From Tubiluchus corallicola (Eukaryota > Animalia > Priapulida), in contig JAQGDQ010001519.1 of assembly GCA_030141605.1 (NCBI GenBank), positions 1 to 36,678 on the forward strand: 36,678 nucleotides of DNA. Reading direction: 5' to 3'. Made by a program: the position numbers and the translations under genes. Under the pieces are notes generated by a model. That model made no database searches and had not been told where the DNA came from. It worked only from the letters and a program-made list of their open reading frames with translations. This document shows, piece after piece, positions 1-11,715 of this stretch. Every line of letters starts with the position of its first letter. The stretch's first letter is position 1.

Positions 1-111
1 ATTTTTCTTCATCATTAATTAATCAAGAAAACAAATCCGCTGTGCGTTACGTGCTAATATGACCTTGCTAATTGCATTATGAAAGCTGGTTAAAATTAAC
101 TGTATAATTAA

Positions 112-727
112 CCCTTATAGGGTCACCGGGGGGTAAAAAATTACCCCCAGACCGGCTTTTTTGCATTTTACCCTTTTACCATACGCATCCCAGTAAACCT
201 TTTCTATGACTTTTTCTAAATATGTTTTGTGCACAAAATACTTTCAGTTATTTATTTTAGGCGCATTGTCTCACCACGAAATAAAGTGAAAATGCAATAC
301 GTCGATTTTTTAAAATTATGGAAACTTTACTTCGCTTGTCTATACATTATACGGGCGATGTATCTGATAAAACAAAATGTCAGTTACTCAAATTACTCCA
401 CCTAGAAGAAGAAAGTAGTAGACAATAAATTCAAAATAACAATGATTTTTGCACACGCGCTAGTAATGTCGGTTGTCTACAGTCATTCCAGCATAGATAA
501 GGGAACGTAACTAAGTGAATTTAAATTTCGTATTACTAGTAAGTCACATGTCTTTAAGCAGAGGTATAATGTGTGCTATGGTGGTCAGCATAACCACAAA
601 TTATGCTGTTGCTGTTTACTAATGAAACACGGCGGTTTATCAAAAGTAATTTGCGAATTATGGTAGGGGTAATTTTTAACCCTCCGGTTACCAAAATCGG
701 TTGTAAATAATCGTGACCCTATAAGGG
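112..727. mobile_element. piggyBac-like non-autonomous element (MITE), family A
   Basis: TTAA at 108-111 and 728-731. Perfect 15-bp TIRs CCCTTATAGGGTCAC (112-126) / GTGACCCTATAAGGG (713-727). Additional subterminal inverted repeat GGTCACCGGGGGGTAAAAAATTACCCC (~121-147) vs GGGGTAATTTTTAACCCTCCGGTTACC (~666-692). CCC termini plus TTAA are piggyBac hallmarks; no transposase ORF. Confidence 0.88.
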
Positions 728-1014
728 TTAATATCTGTAAGCTACTGTCATTCGGTTCAGGATGGATTAAATAATAACTAAGTAAGTTATCAGGATGTAT
801 TTAGATGTTTTCGTCTAAAATGAGTATAATACACTTCTGTATAAAACGTCATTAGTGTTAGTTCACACAAAAACATACACTGTTCTGGGCTAATGCGTCT
901 GGTGCAAGCTAAACTATAAGTGCAATAAGATATTCAAATATAGAAGAAAAACTACAAACACCCAATGCACTATGATAAAACTCCCACACCTTATTTTTTT
1001 CTCTTTCTTTCTAA

Positions 1015-1250
1015 TACACACACTTTCATGCCCTCGCGCATGCACACACACACTCTCATGCCCTCGCGCATGCACACACATGCACGCACGCACACACACT
1101 TTCATGCCCTCGCGCATTCACACATGCACACACATTCACGCACGCACACACACTTTTATGCCCTCGCGCATGCACACACGCACACACATGCACGCTCCCA
1201 CACACATCATTCACGCATGCACGCACACACATAAACACACACATACACCA
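1015..1250. repeat. CA-rich minisatellite with TTCATGCCCTCGCGCATGCACAC core
   Basis: About 4 copies of the ATGCCCTCGCGCAT core separated by CA/CG runs; explains the His/Thr and Cys/Val ORFs. Confidence 0.9.
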
Positions 1251-2199
1251 TATTATAGTCTAGTAAGCCCTGGTAAAAATGAAATCATGATGTCGGACAT
1301 TCAAAACGCTTCATAAGAAACATAGAACTATCCTAGCTAAAATCTTACCTAGTTCATTTTTTCTTGTTCGGAGCAAGATCCTGCTAGTAAATCACTCTAC
1401 ACACAGATTAATGCATAATTAGATAAAGTTCATGTAAAATAACTTTAACAATAAATGTTTTTCTGTGAAACGAGTTTTCTAGACAAAATAATTCCTCGGT
1501 GAGAGAACTAGTCAAGCCAGTTTACCAAATTCTGTGCAAGGTCGTCGTTGCTTAACTAAGGTAATCAAGTTGCCACGACCACTCATTTATTTTTCTCTCC
1601 ACCTCCGTTAATTATAAAGCAATTCTCTTCCATTTTACTCAGCAATCTAGGTGTTCTGGGCATTTTGGTTTTACGCGGTTACCTCGTTTTGGGATACAGC
1701 AGGTTGGGGTTCATGTTTTAAGTTTGACAAAATCCTCTTGAAAATCCCTCGACAGCTTCCCTAGAAGTGGCTGCCCTTCTGAGATATGTAATTTAAGGAA
1801 TATAATATATACCGTGCTAAAACAGAGGCAATCAGAAAAAAATTTAACGATTTATTTGGACTTTACCAAATTAATAAAGTTTTTGACAATTGCAATAACA
1901 TTGTCTATGTGTAGTTGTGCTCATATGATTTTAAACTTGTACCGATAATTGTCCTTGAAAATATTGTTATCACAGCTGCCCTTTGCTTCGTCTGCTGGTT
2001 TGTTTTTAGATGTCTTCTTTGTAAAATTCATTGTAATGATTTATTTACTGTGTTAATAAAACTACTATTACTACTACCATTGTTACGCTCCCATATATGT
2101 TTCCATTATGTAACAGAATTATCACTAATGCACTGGCATACCAAAAAGCAATTTTAATTACTAATTTTTTTAATTGTTAATTTTAATTACTAGTCACTA

Positions 2200-2800
2200 A
2201 ATAAAGATTTGGTTCAATAGATAGTTTTCGGCATATAATGCTTACATAAGACCTTTGTTTGAATACTGCATACCAGTTTGGAATCCTGTAACTTTGATTG
2301 ACTGTACTGAAAACGTTTAAAGATACTTCACTAGACGTTTGTGTAGAAAATGCAATATAAACTATACAGATTATTTTCATAAACTAGAAATTCTTAAGCC
2401 ATTAGAAATAACAAGGTTAATGTTTGATCTAAAAATGGTTCATAAAATTTGTAATAATCGTATACTATTACTGTTTCATGACTTTTTTGCGTACGCACAC
2501 CATTTTGGGCTTAGGGGATAACTTTAAATTATAAATATTACTGCAGACTGAATATTTGCAAATTCTCTTTTTGTAACAGAACCGTAGATATTTGAAAATC
2601 TTTAACTTGTGACAGAGTTAATGCCTCCAAAGTTAAAAATTTTACGTCATTGTTAGAGAATGAAAACTTGTTACAACATTTTAAATTTGATCGTGATTTG
2701 TTAACAGAGAAGCACCTATAAGCGCTCTGCCTGGGTGGCTTCTCCCTTTTCTCTTGTGATACATTGTAGTATCATTTGGAAAAAAATAAATCAATCAATC
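2200..2800 (+). mobile_element. Degraded CR1-clade LINE 3' fragment
   Basis: Translates, with stops and frameshifts, to AYNAYIRPLFEYCIPVWNP...RYFTRR...LKPLEITRLMFDLKMVHKI...GLRG...KFSFCNRTVDI. This matches the CR1 ORF2 C-terminal pattern (YVRP.LEY...VW.P; RGH..KL; FF..R.V..WN.L). Ends in an AATAAATCAATCAATC tail at ~2785-2800. Confidence 0.85.
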
Positions 2801-3123
2801 GATCATACCTTATCCGACTGACTATTTATCACAAAAATTGGCTTCAAAGGGTTAATCACACCCTATTAGGGCTACTAGCATCTTGTACAAGGTTTGCCAT
2901 AAATGCCGTTGATAAAATAACAGTGTTGGAAGCAAAAAATGCCCCTTGTATGTAATTACTAATTGACCAAAGTAAAAGTCGCCCGGAATCATCCGGGTTC
3001 CTTCTCCAGAAGCAAATATTGGCATTTGAGGTTATGATAACTGAAGCACCTATTTACACACACGAGTGAATTCACATGTACAACGGCTACACACAAAAAA
3101 ATTAGCAATAATATTTACACGTA

Positions 3124-3175
3124 TTTATTTTTCACAGTTACAATCGTTCATGCATAAATCTATACAAATTTTATT
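3124..3175 (-). other. Candidate polyadenylation signals of the LZTS homolog
   Basis: First minus-strand AATAAA hexamers I found after the stop codon (TTTATT at 3170-3175 and 3124-3129). Confidence 0.4.
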
Positions 3176-3249
3176 TACAATCACGGCTTCTTTACTAGAA
3201 GCTTTAACAAACAAACAAACAAAAAACTTCTATTGCAAAACATATTATA

Positions 3250-3325
3250 CGCATGCACGCACGCACACATACGTACGCGCGCACACACACACACGCACGC
3301 ACACACACACGCGCGCACACACGCA
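3250..3325. repeat. CA/CG microsatellite
   Basis: Direct observation. Confidence 0.9.
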
Positions 3326-3575
3326 CTTCTCTTATAACAAAATAAATAGTGCAGCAAAAACAGACTTCAGTTACTTTACATATCTTAGCAAGACACTATA
3401 AATTGCTAGTATAATCCTCACTTCAGTTACCAATGCTAGTATCAATACATACTTTTAGTATGCAAAAACTGTTACTTGTATTAGAAAACTTATAAGGCTA
3501 AAAGTTAGATGGCGCTACAAATAAAAGAACAAATTCCTTTGAGAAAACGATACAGTGTAAACACACTTGTTATAA

Positions 3576-4165
3576 CACTTCAGTTTCTCAGCCTGGGAAC
3601 GAGGATAATCAATACAGGTCTGGGAACGAGGATAGTCAATACAGTTCAGTTTCTCAGCCTGGGAACGAAGATGATAGTCAATACAGGTCTGGGAACGAGG
3701 ATAGTCAATACACTTCAGTTTCTTAGCCCGGGAACGTGGATAGTCAATACAGGTCTGGGAACGAGGATAGTCAATACACTTCAGTTTCTTAGCCCGGGAA
3801 CGAGGATAATCAATACACTTCAGTTTCTTAGCCTGGGAACGAGGATAGTCAATACAGGTCTGGGAACGAGGATAGTAAATACACTTCAGTTTCTCAGCCT
3901 GGGAACGAGGATAGTCAATACAGGTCTGGGAACGAGGATAGTAAATACACTTCAGTTTCTCAGCCCGGGAACAAGGATAGTCAATACACTTCAGTTTCTC
4001 AGCCCGGGAACGAGGATAGTCAATACAGGTCTGGGAACGAGGATAGTCAATACACTTCAGTTTCTTAGCCTGGGAACGAGGATAGTCAATGCAGGTCTGG
4101 GAACGAGGATAGTCAATACACTTCAGTTTCTTTCGAGGATAGTTAGCCTGGGAACGAGGATAGTT
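3576..4165. repeat. Composite minisatellite (39-bp and 27-bp units sharing a 21-bp core)
   Basis: Core GGGAACGAGGATAGTCAATAC (~17 copies) separated by either ACTTCAGTTTCTYAGCCY or AGGTCT. Unit lengths are multiples of 3, hence the open frames on both strands. Confidence 0.95.
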
Positions 4166-4429
4166 CAAACAAAGTCTGGAAATCTCAAAAATGCTTAAAA
4201 TGCTATGAGGCAAATGTCAACAAAGTGGAATTATTAACACTAACATGCAAATATATTAGAGTTAATGTCACAAACAAATGTTTATGGTCAATATTTCATT
4301 TTACTTGGCAAGCAGACATTTTGATAAAATAATACTGTCTCGCCTGCATAGTGAAACTTACAGTAAAGGTAATGGATGGATGTCTTCTAGTTAAATTTTG
4401 TTTGGAGAAAAATTGTCGCAAAATTAGAC

Positions 4430-5296
4430 TCAACACTGAGATTCGTCCACTTCTTCCAAACCGGGGAAGTATTCTTTCTGTATAGTTTTCAAGTCCCGAG
4501 TTTCCAATTCTAGCGTCAACTGTTCCACCTCGTGTTCAAGAGTGCGGTTCTTGCGATAGATCTGTACGTAGTTTAGCTGTAATTGCTTTTGATACCTAAG
4601 AACTTTCTCCTTCTCTTCCGACCACACTATTCGCTCTTCTTCGAACTTGTTTTGCTGTGACTCCATCTCATTTTTTGTCTGAGCCAGCTCGATCCTCAAG
4701 CGATCTATCTCCTTCCGTAGGTTGCTCATTGCCGAGTCAGCCCGCTGTCGCTCAATCACGGATTCGTTTTCCTGCTGTTGCGAGTCCCTCTGCATAATAT
4801 CTAGTTGCGATTTCACATTATACAATTCTTCATTTACAGAATCACAAGCCGCCTGCAGCCTTTCTGTTTCGGCCTGTTTTTCGGCGAGTTGATTTCTAAC
4901 GTCACGAATTTGACACTTCAATGAGAGAGCCTCGGTTTTGCGAGAGCAAGTGTCCGTATTTGTTTCCTTCAACTGAGACTTCAGCAAACTGATTTCGCCG
5001 GTTTTTTGGCATATGCTCCACTTGGTCTCGTCCAAGTGCGTGCGGAGAGCGGTGAGCTCGTGCTCGTATTCTGAGCAACGCGTGCGGAGCGTTTCTTTGT
5101 CATTTTCACAGCGCTCCAGAGACGCCCTGAGATCTTTTCTCTCCTGCTGCAGCTGATAAATCTGTAGTAACAAACCTTGCTCTATCTTGAACGATTTTTG
5201 CTGTTGCGCTTTTAATTTTTCGTCATTCTCACGACGTAGGCGATCTATTTCCGCATGCCACTGCTGTTCTTTCTCCTCGTACACTCTGAAGATTAC
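4430..5296 (-). CDS. LZTS2: LZTS/Fez1-domain coiled-coil protein (leucine zipper putative tumor suppressor 2 homolog), last coding exon
   Basis: Acceptor tctcttttag|GTAATC at 5297/5296, phase 0. Family motifs VYEEK, LLLQIYQLQQE, LDETKWSICQKTGEISLLKSQLKE and FEEERIVWSEEKEKVLRYQKQLQLNYVQIYRKNRTLE. Stop TGA at 4432-4430; ends DESQC. The symbol denotes a family homolog, not proven one-to-one orthology. Confidence 0.93.
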   Translation of the reverse strand, partial: VIFRVYEEKEQQWHAEIDRLRRENDEKLKAQQQKSFKIEQGLLLQIYQLQQERKDLRASLERCENDKETLRTRCSEYEHELTALRTHLDETKWSICQKTGEISLLKSQLKETNTDTCSRKTEALSLKCQIRDVRNQLAEKQAETERLQAACDSVNEELYNVKSQLDIMQRDSQQQENESVIERQRADSAMSNLRKEIDRLRIELAQTKNEMESQQNKFEEERIVWSEEKEKVLRYQKQLQLNYVQIYRKNRTLEHEVEQLTLELETRDLKTIQKEYFPGLEEVDESQC

Positions 5297-7178
5297 CTAA
5301 AAGAGACAATCGTTTCTTACTTCGTATCAAGTTGTCGTTTGTTGCGTGCGATACTATAAAACAATGAAAACTGTCACATATTTCAAATGAGAGTTTTTGC
5401 GACAATGACAAATTCCATAACCATTCTTGTTAATGGAATAATTAGGAGTGAGTGACGTGCCACGATATACGAAACTTGCTTTTATGTGTGACAGCCCTAT
5501 ACAATAGTGCTCTCATTTTATCGTACTAATTAAATTTCCACAATTAAGTTTGCTAAGTTAAGCAGAGTAGCGCCAATGAGTTTAATTTTGTAGTGCTAAG
5601 TGAAAAGTTTATTTTGTTTATCTATGTAATTGTTATCTCTCGGGCTACTATAGTAGTGCCATCTACTGTCAACTTTGTTTATCAAAGGAAGAAACCACGG
5701 ACATGAATTTGACAGGCGTACTTCCTTATTTGGCAAGTTTGACCACCAATCCTGAGTGATGATAAATAGGACATTCACAGCTGCTACTCTTTATAACCTG
5801 TTTGATTGGTCAGGTTTAGGTGATGAACCAACGTTTACATGTTATGCAGCCATTCAGCTGAGAGCAAACAGGTTTGACCTGGAAAAACGAGGCCACAGAG
5901 CAGGGTGTAAAAAGTGTGGCTTTGCAATATGGTTGCTCTACTTGTGTTTTATCAATTCTTAGTTTAAAGGACAATATTGCATTTATTGATGGAATTTCCT
6001 CAGCAGAAACAGAGTACTTTTACAATGGTTATACTCAGTCTTTGTGATCCTGGGCTGTCCGTCATTTAGGAAGCCCCTAGAGACGTTGTTGTTTATGGTG
6101 GAGGAGTTGTTTACGTGATACAAAATCAAGAGTAGTTCAGTTATCAGAGATGATTAGGTGTTAGTGTGAATCAAGTCAGTGACTTCAAAGCACAATGGCT
6201 ACATTACAATTATTAGTTTGATTACTATAATTACATACGAGTCAGAAAGTCTAAACTCATAACAAAAATCTAATGCCTTGTTGTCTACATACAGCAATGG
6301 AATAACTCACCTTCATGCTACGAAACATGAACTCAAACATAAGACTAGCACGATAGGACAAAATTTGAGAAAATGATCACTGTGTTAATTCCAGTTTTAT
6401 CACATTATTCACAAATTTGCTAAAACGTTTGCAATACGTAATTCATTAATGGAAAATAACTCGTGTTGGCACAGAATTTAAATTACATTAAAATTGCAGA
6501 TAAAATCAAGTTGATTTAATACACAAAACATTTTCAATAAGTTCTCAACAACGTTTTGCTGTAAGACCATGAAACTGCAGACTAATTACGTACGAGACTC
6601 TACGATCACAGGTGTTTGCGGTACTTAAAATTTGTTCCTGCATCACCAGTATTTTGTTGTGCACTGAGGTTGAGGTACTTTTTGGACTTTGACACATTAA
6701 TGTTTATAACCATCTAGAGTCAAGTATTTTTACATCACACTGAATAATAGGCAAGCTGTTTGTTGACGGGTTGACAAGTCGAACTACAGATTTATTGAAC
6801 AAATGTAAAAAAATACTCTTTTCGACTAAAAAATAGTTTGCTCAAATTTCACAAATTTCTTGCAGTTAAACTTTAGACCTTTGACTCACAAACATGAAGT
6901 ACGGTGAGGTTTATTATTTTGATAACCACAACGCCCCCCAATCGCAAACCTTTGACGGAAATTTACTGCTCTCAAGACAGATGTTTGCGTACACACGTAG
7001 AATACACACACCGTAAACATCATATCTTGCATTCTTGTTTATTTGACAACAATTCAAATATACTTGAACCGGTCAGCCAAAAATATGTAAATATTATTTA
7101 GTTTAACTTTAGCATTTAAAACATATGTACACCCTATACATTGTATAATATCACTGAGTATGCACTGAATTAAAGGAA

Positions 7179-7842
7179 TAGCTGCCTTAGGAACTAATGA
7201 TCTGTTGAAGTTGTTATTATTTGGAAAAGATGAATTTAACTATGTTGCTAACTGTAAAATATTCCAATGTATACATGACTTTATATTACGTACTAAACGC
7301 TTCCAGTAGTTTCTATCTGATATAAAATGCATCAGTCTTAAATATTCATACATTAATATTTTCTAACCGTCATTTTCTACTAATATCTAATGTAATCTTG
7401 TAGTAAAACTTGTCAGCTTGTGTAGGTATAGTCTATTCTTACCGTAAATGTTACTAATGTCTAATGTAATCTTGTAGTAAAACTTGTCAGCTTGTGTAGT
7501 TATAGTCTATTCTTGCTGTAAATGTTACTAATGTCTAACGTATTCTTGTAGTAAAACTTGTCAGCTTGTGTAGTTATAGTCTATTCTTACTGTAAATGTT
7601 ACTAATGTCTAACGTAATCTTGTAGTAAAGCTTGTCAGCTTGTGTAGTTATAGCCTATTCTTGCTGTAAATGTTACTAATGTCTAATGTAATTTTGTAGT
7701 AAAACTTGTCAGCTTGTGTAGTTATAGTCTATTCTTGCTGTAAATGTTTTTGTAAATAGTGTGTAAAGTCTGTTGTGGTGAGGATCCTAAATCATGTTGT
7801 TCAAACTGTCTGATCCAATCCTAAATAAATTATGTTTAAACT
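7179..7842 (+). mobile_element. 5'-truncated CR1-like LINE 3' end with target-site duplication
   Basis: ORF end LLKLLLFGKDEFNYVANCKIFQCIHDFILRTKRFQ*, typical of invertebrate CR1-type ORF2 C-termini. 3' GGATC...GATCC stem and AAATAAATTATGTTTAAAC end. Flanked by an 11-bp direct repeat AATTAAAGGAA (7168-7178, 7843-7853). Confidence 0.8.
7377..7747. repeat. 74-bp tandem repeat, ~5 copies
   Basis: Unit TTACTAATGTCTAATGTAATCTTGTAGTAAAACTTGTCAGCTTGTGTAGTTATAGTCTATTCTTGCTGTAAATG; period 74 (7451, 7525). Confidence 0.95.
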
Positions 7843-8214
7843 AATTAAAGGAAAAATTTGTTTCCATCACAATCAATTACAATTTCCAGTGTAGAAGAGA
7901 AATTAAATTTCACAATAATTTGTGCGCTTTAAGTGCTCACATACAAGCTGCCCATTGTCCAGTAACTCTTTTATCAAAAAGAGGCCTTTCTCGCAATATG
8001 TCAAATGTGGCAAAAATATATTTATGTTCCAAAAAACGAGGCAAAACAATACTCACTTGACCACCGCCTTAAATTAAACAATAAAGTAATCATGCATTGT
8101 GTAATCATTAAATGTCTATGCATGCTTCACATGTTACTAATCATATTGCAGTAACCATATAACAGGGCGCAGTGTGTTGCAGTAGTACAAGAGCAAATCC
8201 GAAGAGTCATCATG

Positions 8215-8460
8215 ATGTATGCTTATGTATAGTGACCTAAGATGAGACAACACTGAGCCTGGTCAATAGATAGAGGAGTGACTGTTGGAAGATTGCTTCA
8301 GGATTGATTCAATTATCATATTACTAAAGCTATTTATTATCTCATGTATGCTCATATATAGTGACCTAAGTTGAGGCAACACTGAGCCCGGTCAATAGAC
8401 AGATGAGCGACTGTTGGAAGATTGCTACAATTATCATATTACTAAAACTATTTATCTTCT
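8215..8460. repeat. Diverged tandem duplication (~130 bp x2)
   Basis: ATAGTGACCTAAG..CAACACTGAGCC.GGTCAATAGA..GACTGTTGGAAGATTGCT..CAATTATCATATTACTAAA occurs twice. Confidence 0.85.
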
Positions 8461-9095
8461 TTTATATCATCTCATATATGAGCTTCATTCATTACATCAT
8501 TGCATTTTAAGCACTAATGTTTTCTTTATCATAAGACTCACTTCAAATTTGCAGATTATTTTCATTACTTTTTTTCTTTCACTGTGTGGGACAATCTAAC
8601 AAGCTCTGCTTTTTGATTGCCCGCAACACATTTACATTTGTATATAGGTGAACAGTGTTTGAGGCTCTTCCTGTGCAGTATTTCTTATTTGTATTATGTT
8701 CATTGTAGGCCCTTTCACTTGATATTGTACATGAAGCTATTGTAAATGTGTAAATTGTAATGTTGTAAATTGTAATGTGTAAATGTGTAATATTGTAAAT
8801 TGTAAACTAGGTACATGAAACTATTGTAAATGTGTAATGTGAAATAAATGACTTATGATTATCTTGATGATGTATACTCCTCCTCTGAACGTACCTAAGA
8901 TACTTTTGCGGTCATTTGGTATCTATTCTAAGTTATTTATTCAGCTAGGTTCCAGTCCTGCCATTATCTACATTAAGCAAACCTTGTCACTGAGTGCAGG
9001 ATCATGGCTTGAAGAGTGACAAACTGTATAAAAACATATAACGACTGAGTGCAGTTGAGTTAGCTTTCTGCAATTCAGAACGTGTTCCCAGTTAC

Positions 9096-9231
9096 CTGTT
9101 CATTTTGCTCCATGGTGTCACGCAAATGGGCAATTTCATTGTCCTTCTCCTTGAGCATGGCTTCCAACTCAACAATACCCGAGTCGCTGGGCGATGGTGT
9201 TTGAGTGTAATCTTCAATATGCGATGATAAT
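9096..9231 (-). CDS. LZTS2: LZTS homolog, internal exon (136 nt)
   Basis: ttattacag|A...CAG|gtaact; phase 2 to 0. Encodes LSSHIEDYTQTPSPSDSGIVELEAMLKEKDNEIAHLRDTMEQNEQ and joins in frame to VIFRVYEEK. Confidence 0.9.
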
Positions 9232-9458
9232 CTGTAATAAGTTAAAAAAAATGAGCAATTCCATGGGATATCAAATGAGGGCTACTTTTTTTTTTAAACA
9301 CAAGAACATCTTTCTTTACACGTTCAATTTGGTCAATTTATTTAGCCATAGAATTTTCTGCAAAAAGCAGCTTTTCTTAATGTAGCAAACAATGAGTGAA
9401 AATCCTTTGGGAATTTTTTCTGAAGCACAATAAAAACCAAAGGAGAAACAAATATATA

Positions 9459-9534
9459 CAGAGAGAGAGTGAGAGGGAGGGAGGAAGAGTGAGAGAGAGA
9501 GAGAGTGAGAGGGAGGGAGAGAGAGAGGGAGAGG

Positions 9535-9613
<79 letters not shown>

Positions 9614-9661
9614 CGACAGAGAGAGAGAGAGTGAGAGCGAGAGAGAGAGAGAGAGAGCGAG

Positions 9662-9694
<33 letters not shown>
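9459..9694. repeat. (GA)n microsatellite
   Basis: Direct observation; source of the ER/SL ORFs. Confidence 0.97.
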
Positions 9695-9697
<3 letters not shown>

Positions 9698-9996
9698 AGA
9701 ATTGGAAATGACTATTTCTTATAAGTGACAAAAAAGTAGACATACTATAGATCCAAAACACATGGTACACACACCATGAACTAGGAATTCTATGAAGATC
9801 GATAATAGATGGCAGCACGTGGCTGAGAAATGGCAAAATTATTAGACTTGCCATCTCTGTAAACAAAGAATTGTCGGCACTTTTGTGATGCCTACGAGTA
9901 ACGAATCTGCTTTTAACTTAGACACATACAACAAGCAATGGCTTGTTTTTCTTGAGTTGTTCAAAACTACATCAACTAGAAACAGTCAGTTTTTAC

Positions 9997-10110
9997 CTGC
10001 TAAAGGTACATGATGCATCTTTCAAGTCTTTGAAGTCAGCACTAGAATACCCGGAGACGAAACCATCCTTTGTACCTTCAGAGCTGGCATAACCTTGAGA
10101 TCTTTCACTC
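9997..10110 (-). CDS. LZTS2: LZTS homolog, internal exon (114 nt)
   Basis: tttgacag|G...AG|gtaaaa; phase 2-2. Encodes SERSQGYASSEGTKDGFVSGYSSADFKDLKDASCTFS, open and frame-compatible with both neighbours. Confidence 0.8.
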
Positions 10111-10259
10111 CTGTCAAATTAAAGTTTTTAGTTAAAAACGTTAAATTTAATGAACTGTTAAATTTATCGCTACTGCATTAGCGCACGTTGCAATTAACAC
10201 TAGTTGTCGAGTTGAGCAATTATGTTCAACTTTTATCTAATTGGGAAGGATAAGCTTAC

Positions 10260-10429
10260 CTGTAGGAAACTTGGGAAGAATTGCTGTAGTGTTTGCTCTC
10301 ATCAGATGAATACGATTCATCGACTTGATGGCCACCAGGTGACGCAGTCGTCGTACCTTGTCCGTTTCTTGCTGAATTTCGGTGAGGCAGCACAGGCTTG
10401 AAAGCTATGGGTCGTAACACCACCTTGCC
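10260..10429 (-). CDS. LZTS2: LZTS homolog, internal exon (170 nt)
   Basis: tgtttatag|GGC...AG|gtaagc; phase 0 to 2. Encodes GKVVLRPIAFKPVLPHRNS..., matching the conserved LZTS IRPTAFKPVLP motif. Confidence 0.88.
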
Positions 10430-10436
10430 CTATAAA

Positions 10437-11065
10437 CAGTAGTGTTCACATTACTATTGTTATGTTCACATCGGGCAGTATTCATAGTAACATTGTTCAG
10501 TATGCAGTGTTCATAGTAACATTGTTCAGTATGCACGCAGTGTTCACTAATTACTACTCGCATTAATATTATGTTCATATTAGGTAGTGTTCATAGTAAC
10601 ATTGTTCAGTGTGCATGCAGTGATCACTAATTACTACTCGCATTAATATTATGTTCATATTAGGTAGTGTTCATAGTAACATTGTTCAGTGTGCACGCAG
10701 TGTTCACTAATTACTACTCGCATTAATATTATGTTCATATTAGGTAGTGTTCATAGTAACATTGTTCAGTGTGCATGCAGTGTTCACTAATTATTACTCG
10801 CATTAATATTATGTTCATATTAGGTAGTGTTCATAGTAACATTGTTCAGTGTGCATGCAGTGTTCACTAATTACTACTCGCATTAATATTATGTTCATAT
10901 TAGGTAGTGTTCATAGTAACATTGTTCAGTGTGCATGCAGTGTTCACTAATTACTACTCGCATTAATATTATGTTATGTTCATATTAGGTAGTGTTCATA
11001 GTAAGATTGTTCACTATGCAGTGTTCACTAATCACTACTCACATTAATATTACATACGTTCACAT
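10437..11065. repeat. 80-bp tandem repeat, ~7 copies
   Basis: CATTAATATT recurs at 10561, 10641, 10721, 10801, 10881 and 10961; each unit contains four TGTTCA submotifs. Confidence 0.95.
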
Positions 11066-11489
11066 ATTATAAATGCACTGCATTATGACTAAACAGTACA
11101 TTTTTCATAAAAAAATGAAAAGTGTTGCAAGAAAAACTTTGCAAGATACAGTCCTGACACACGCTCAACTTTAGTCGCACAACTATTATGATAAACAGAT
11201 TCATCAACGATGCACGTACAATAATGGTGAATCAACTCATTGTAATCGAAACAATCTACGACCCAATACAGTCTAATAAATACCAGCAATAAAACCAATT
11301 TGACTTTACTTCCCCTAACTACGAATTATTTTAAAAACCGTGTGAACAAGTAAGAAGCATGCAGTGTAAACACATTATCTATTATCTTTCAGGTCACACG
11401 AATAAGAGAAAACAATGGTCGAGCAGAATAAACAAGAAAAGGTGATATAGTGTGCCAACATAGGCCCTGTGACATACAGTACTGTAAAA

Positions 11490-11715
<226 letters not shown>

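Noticed and set aside
3509-4213. 229-aa and 232-aa ORFs, or a CRISPR-like array
   Set aside because: Frames stay open because unit lengths are multiples of 3. The spacers are two recurring sequences, not unique, and the context is eukaryotic with no cas genes.
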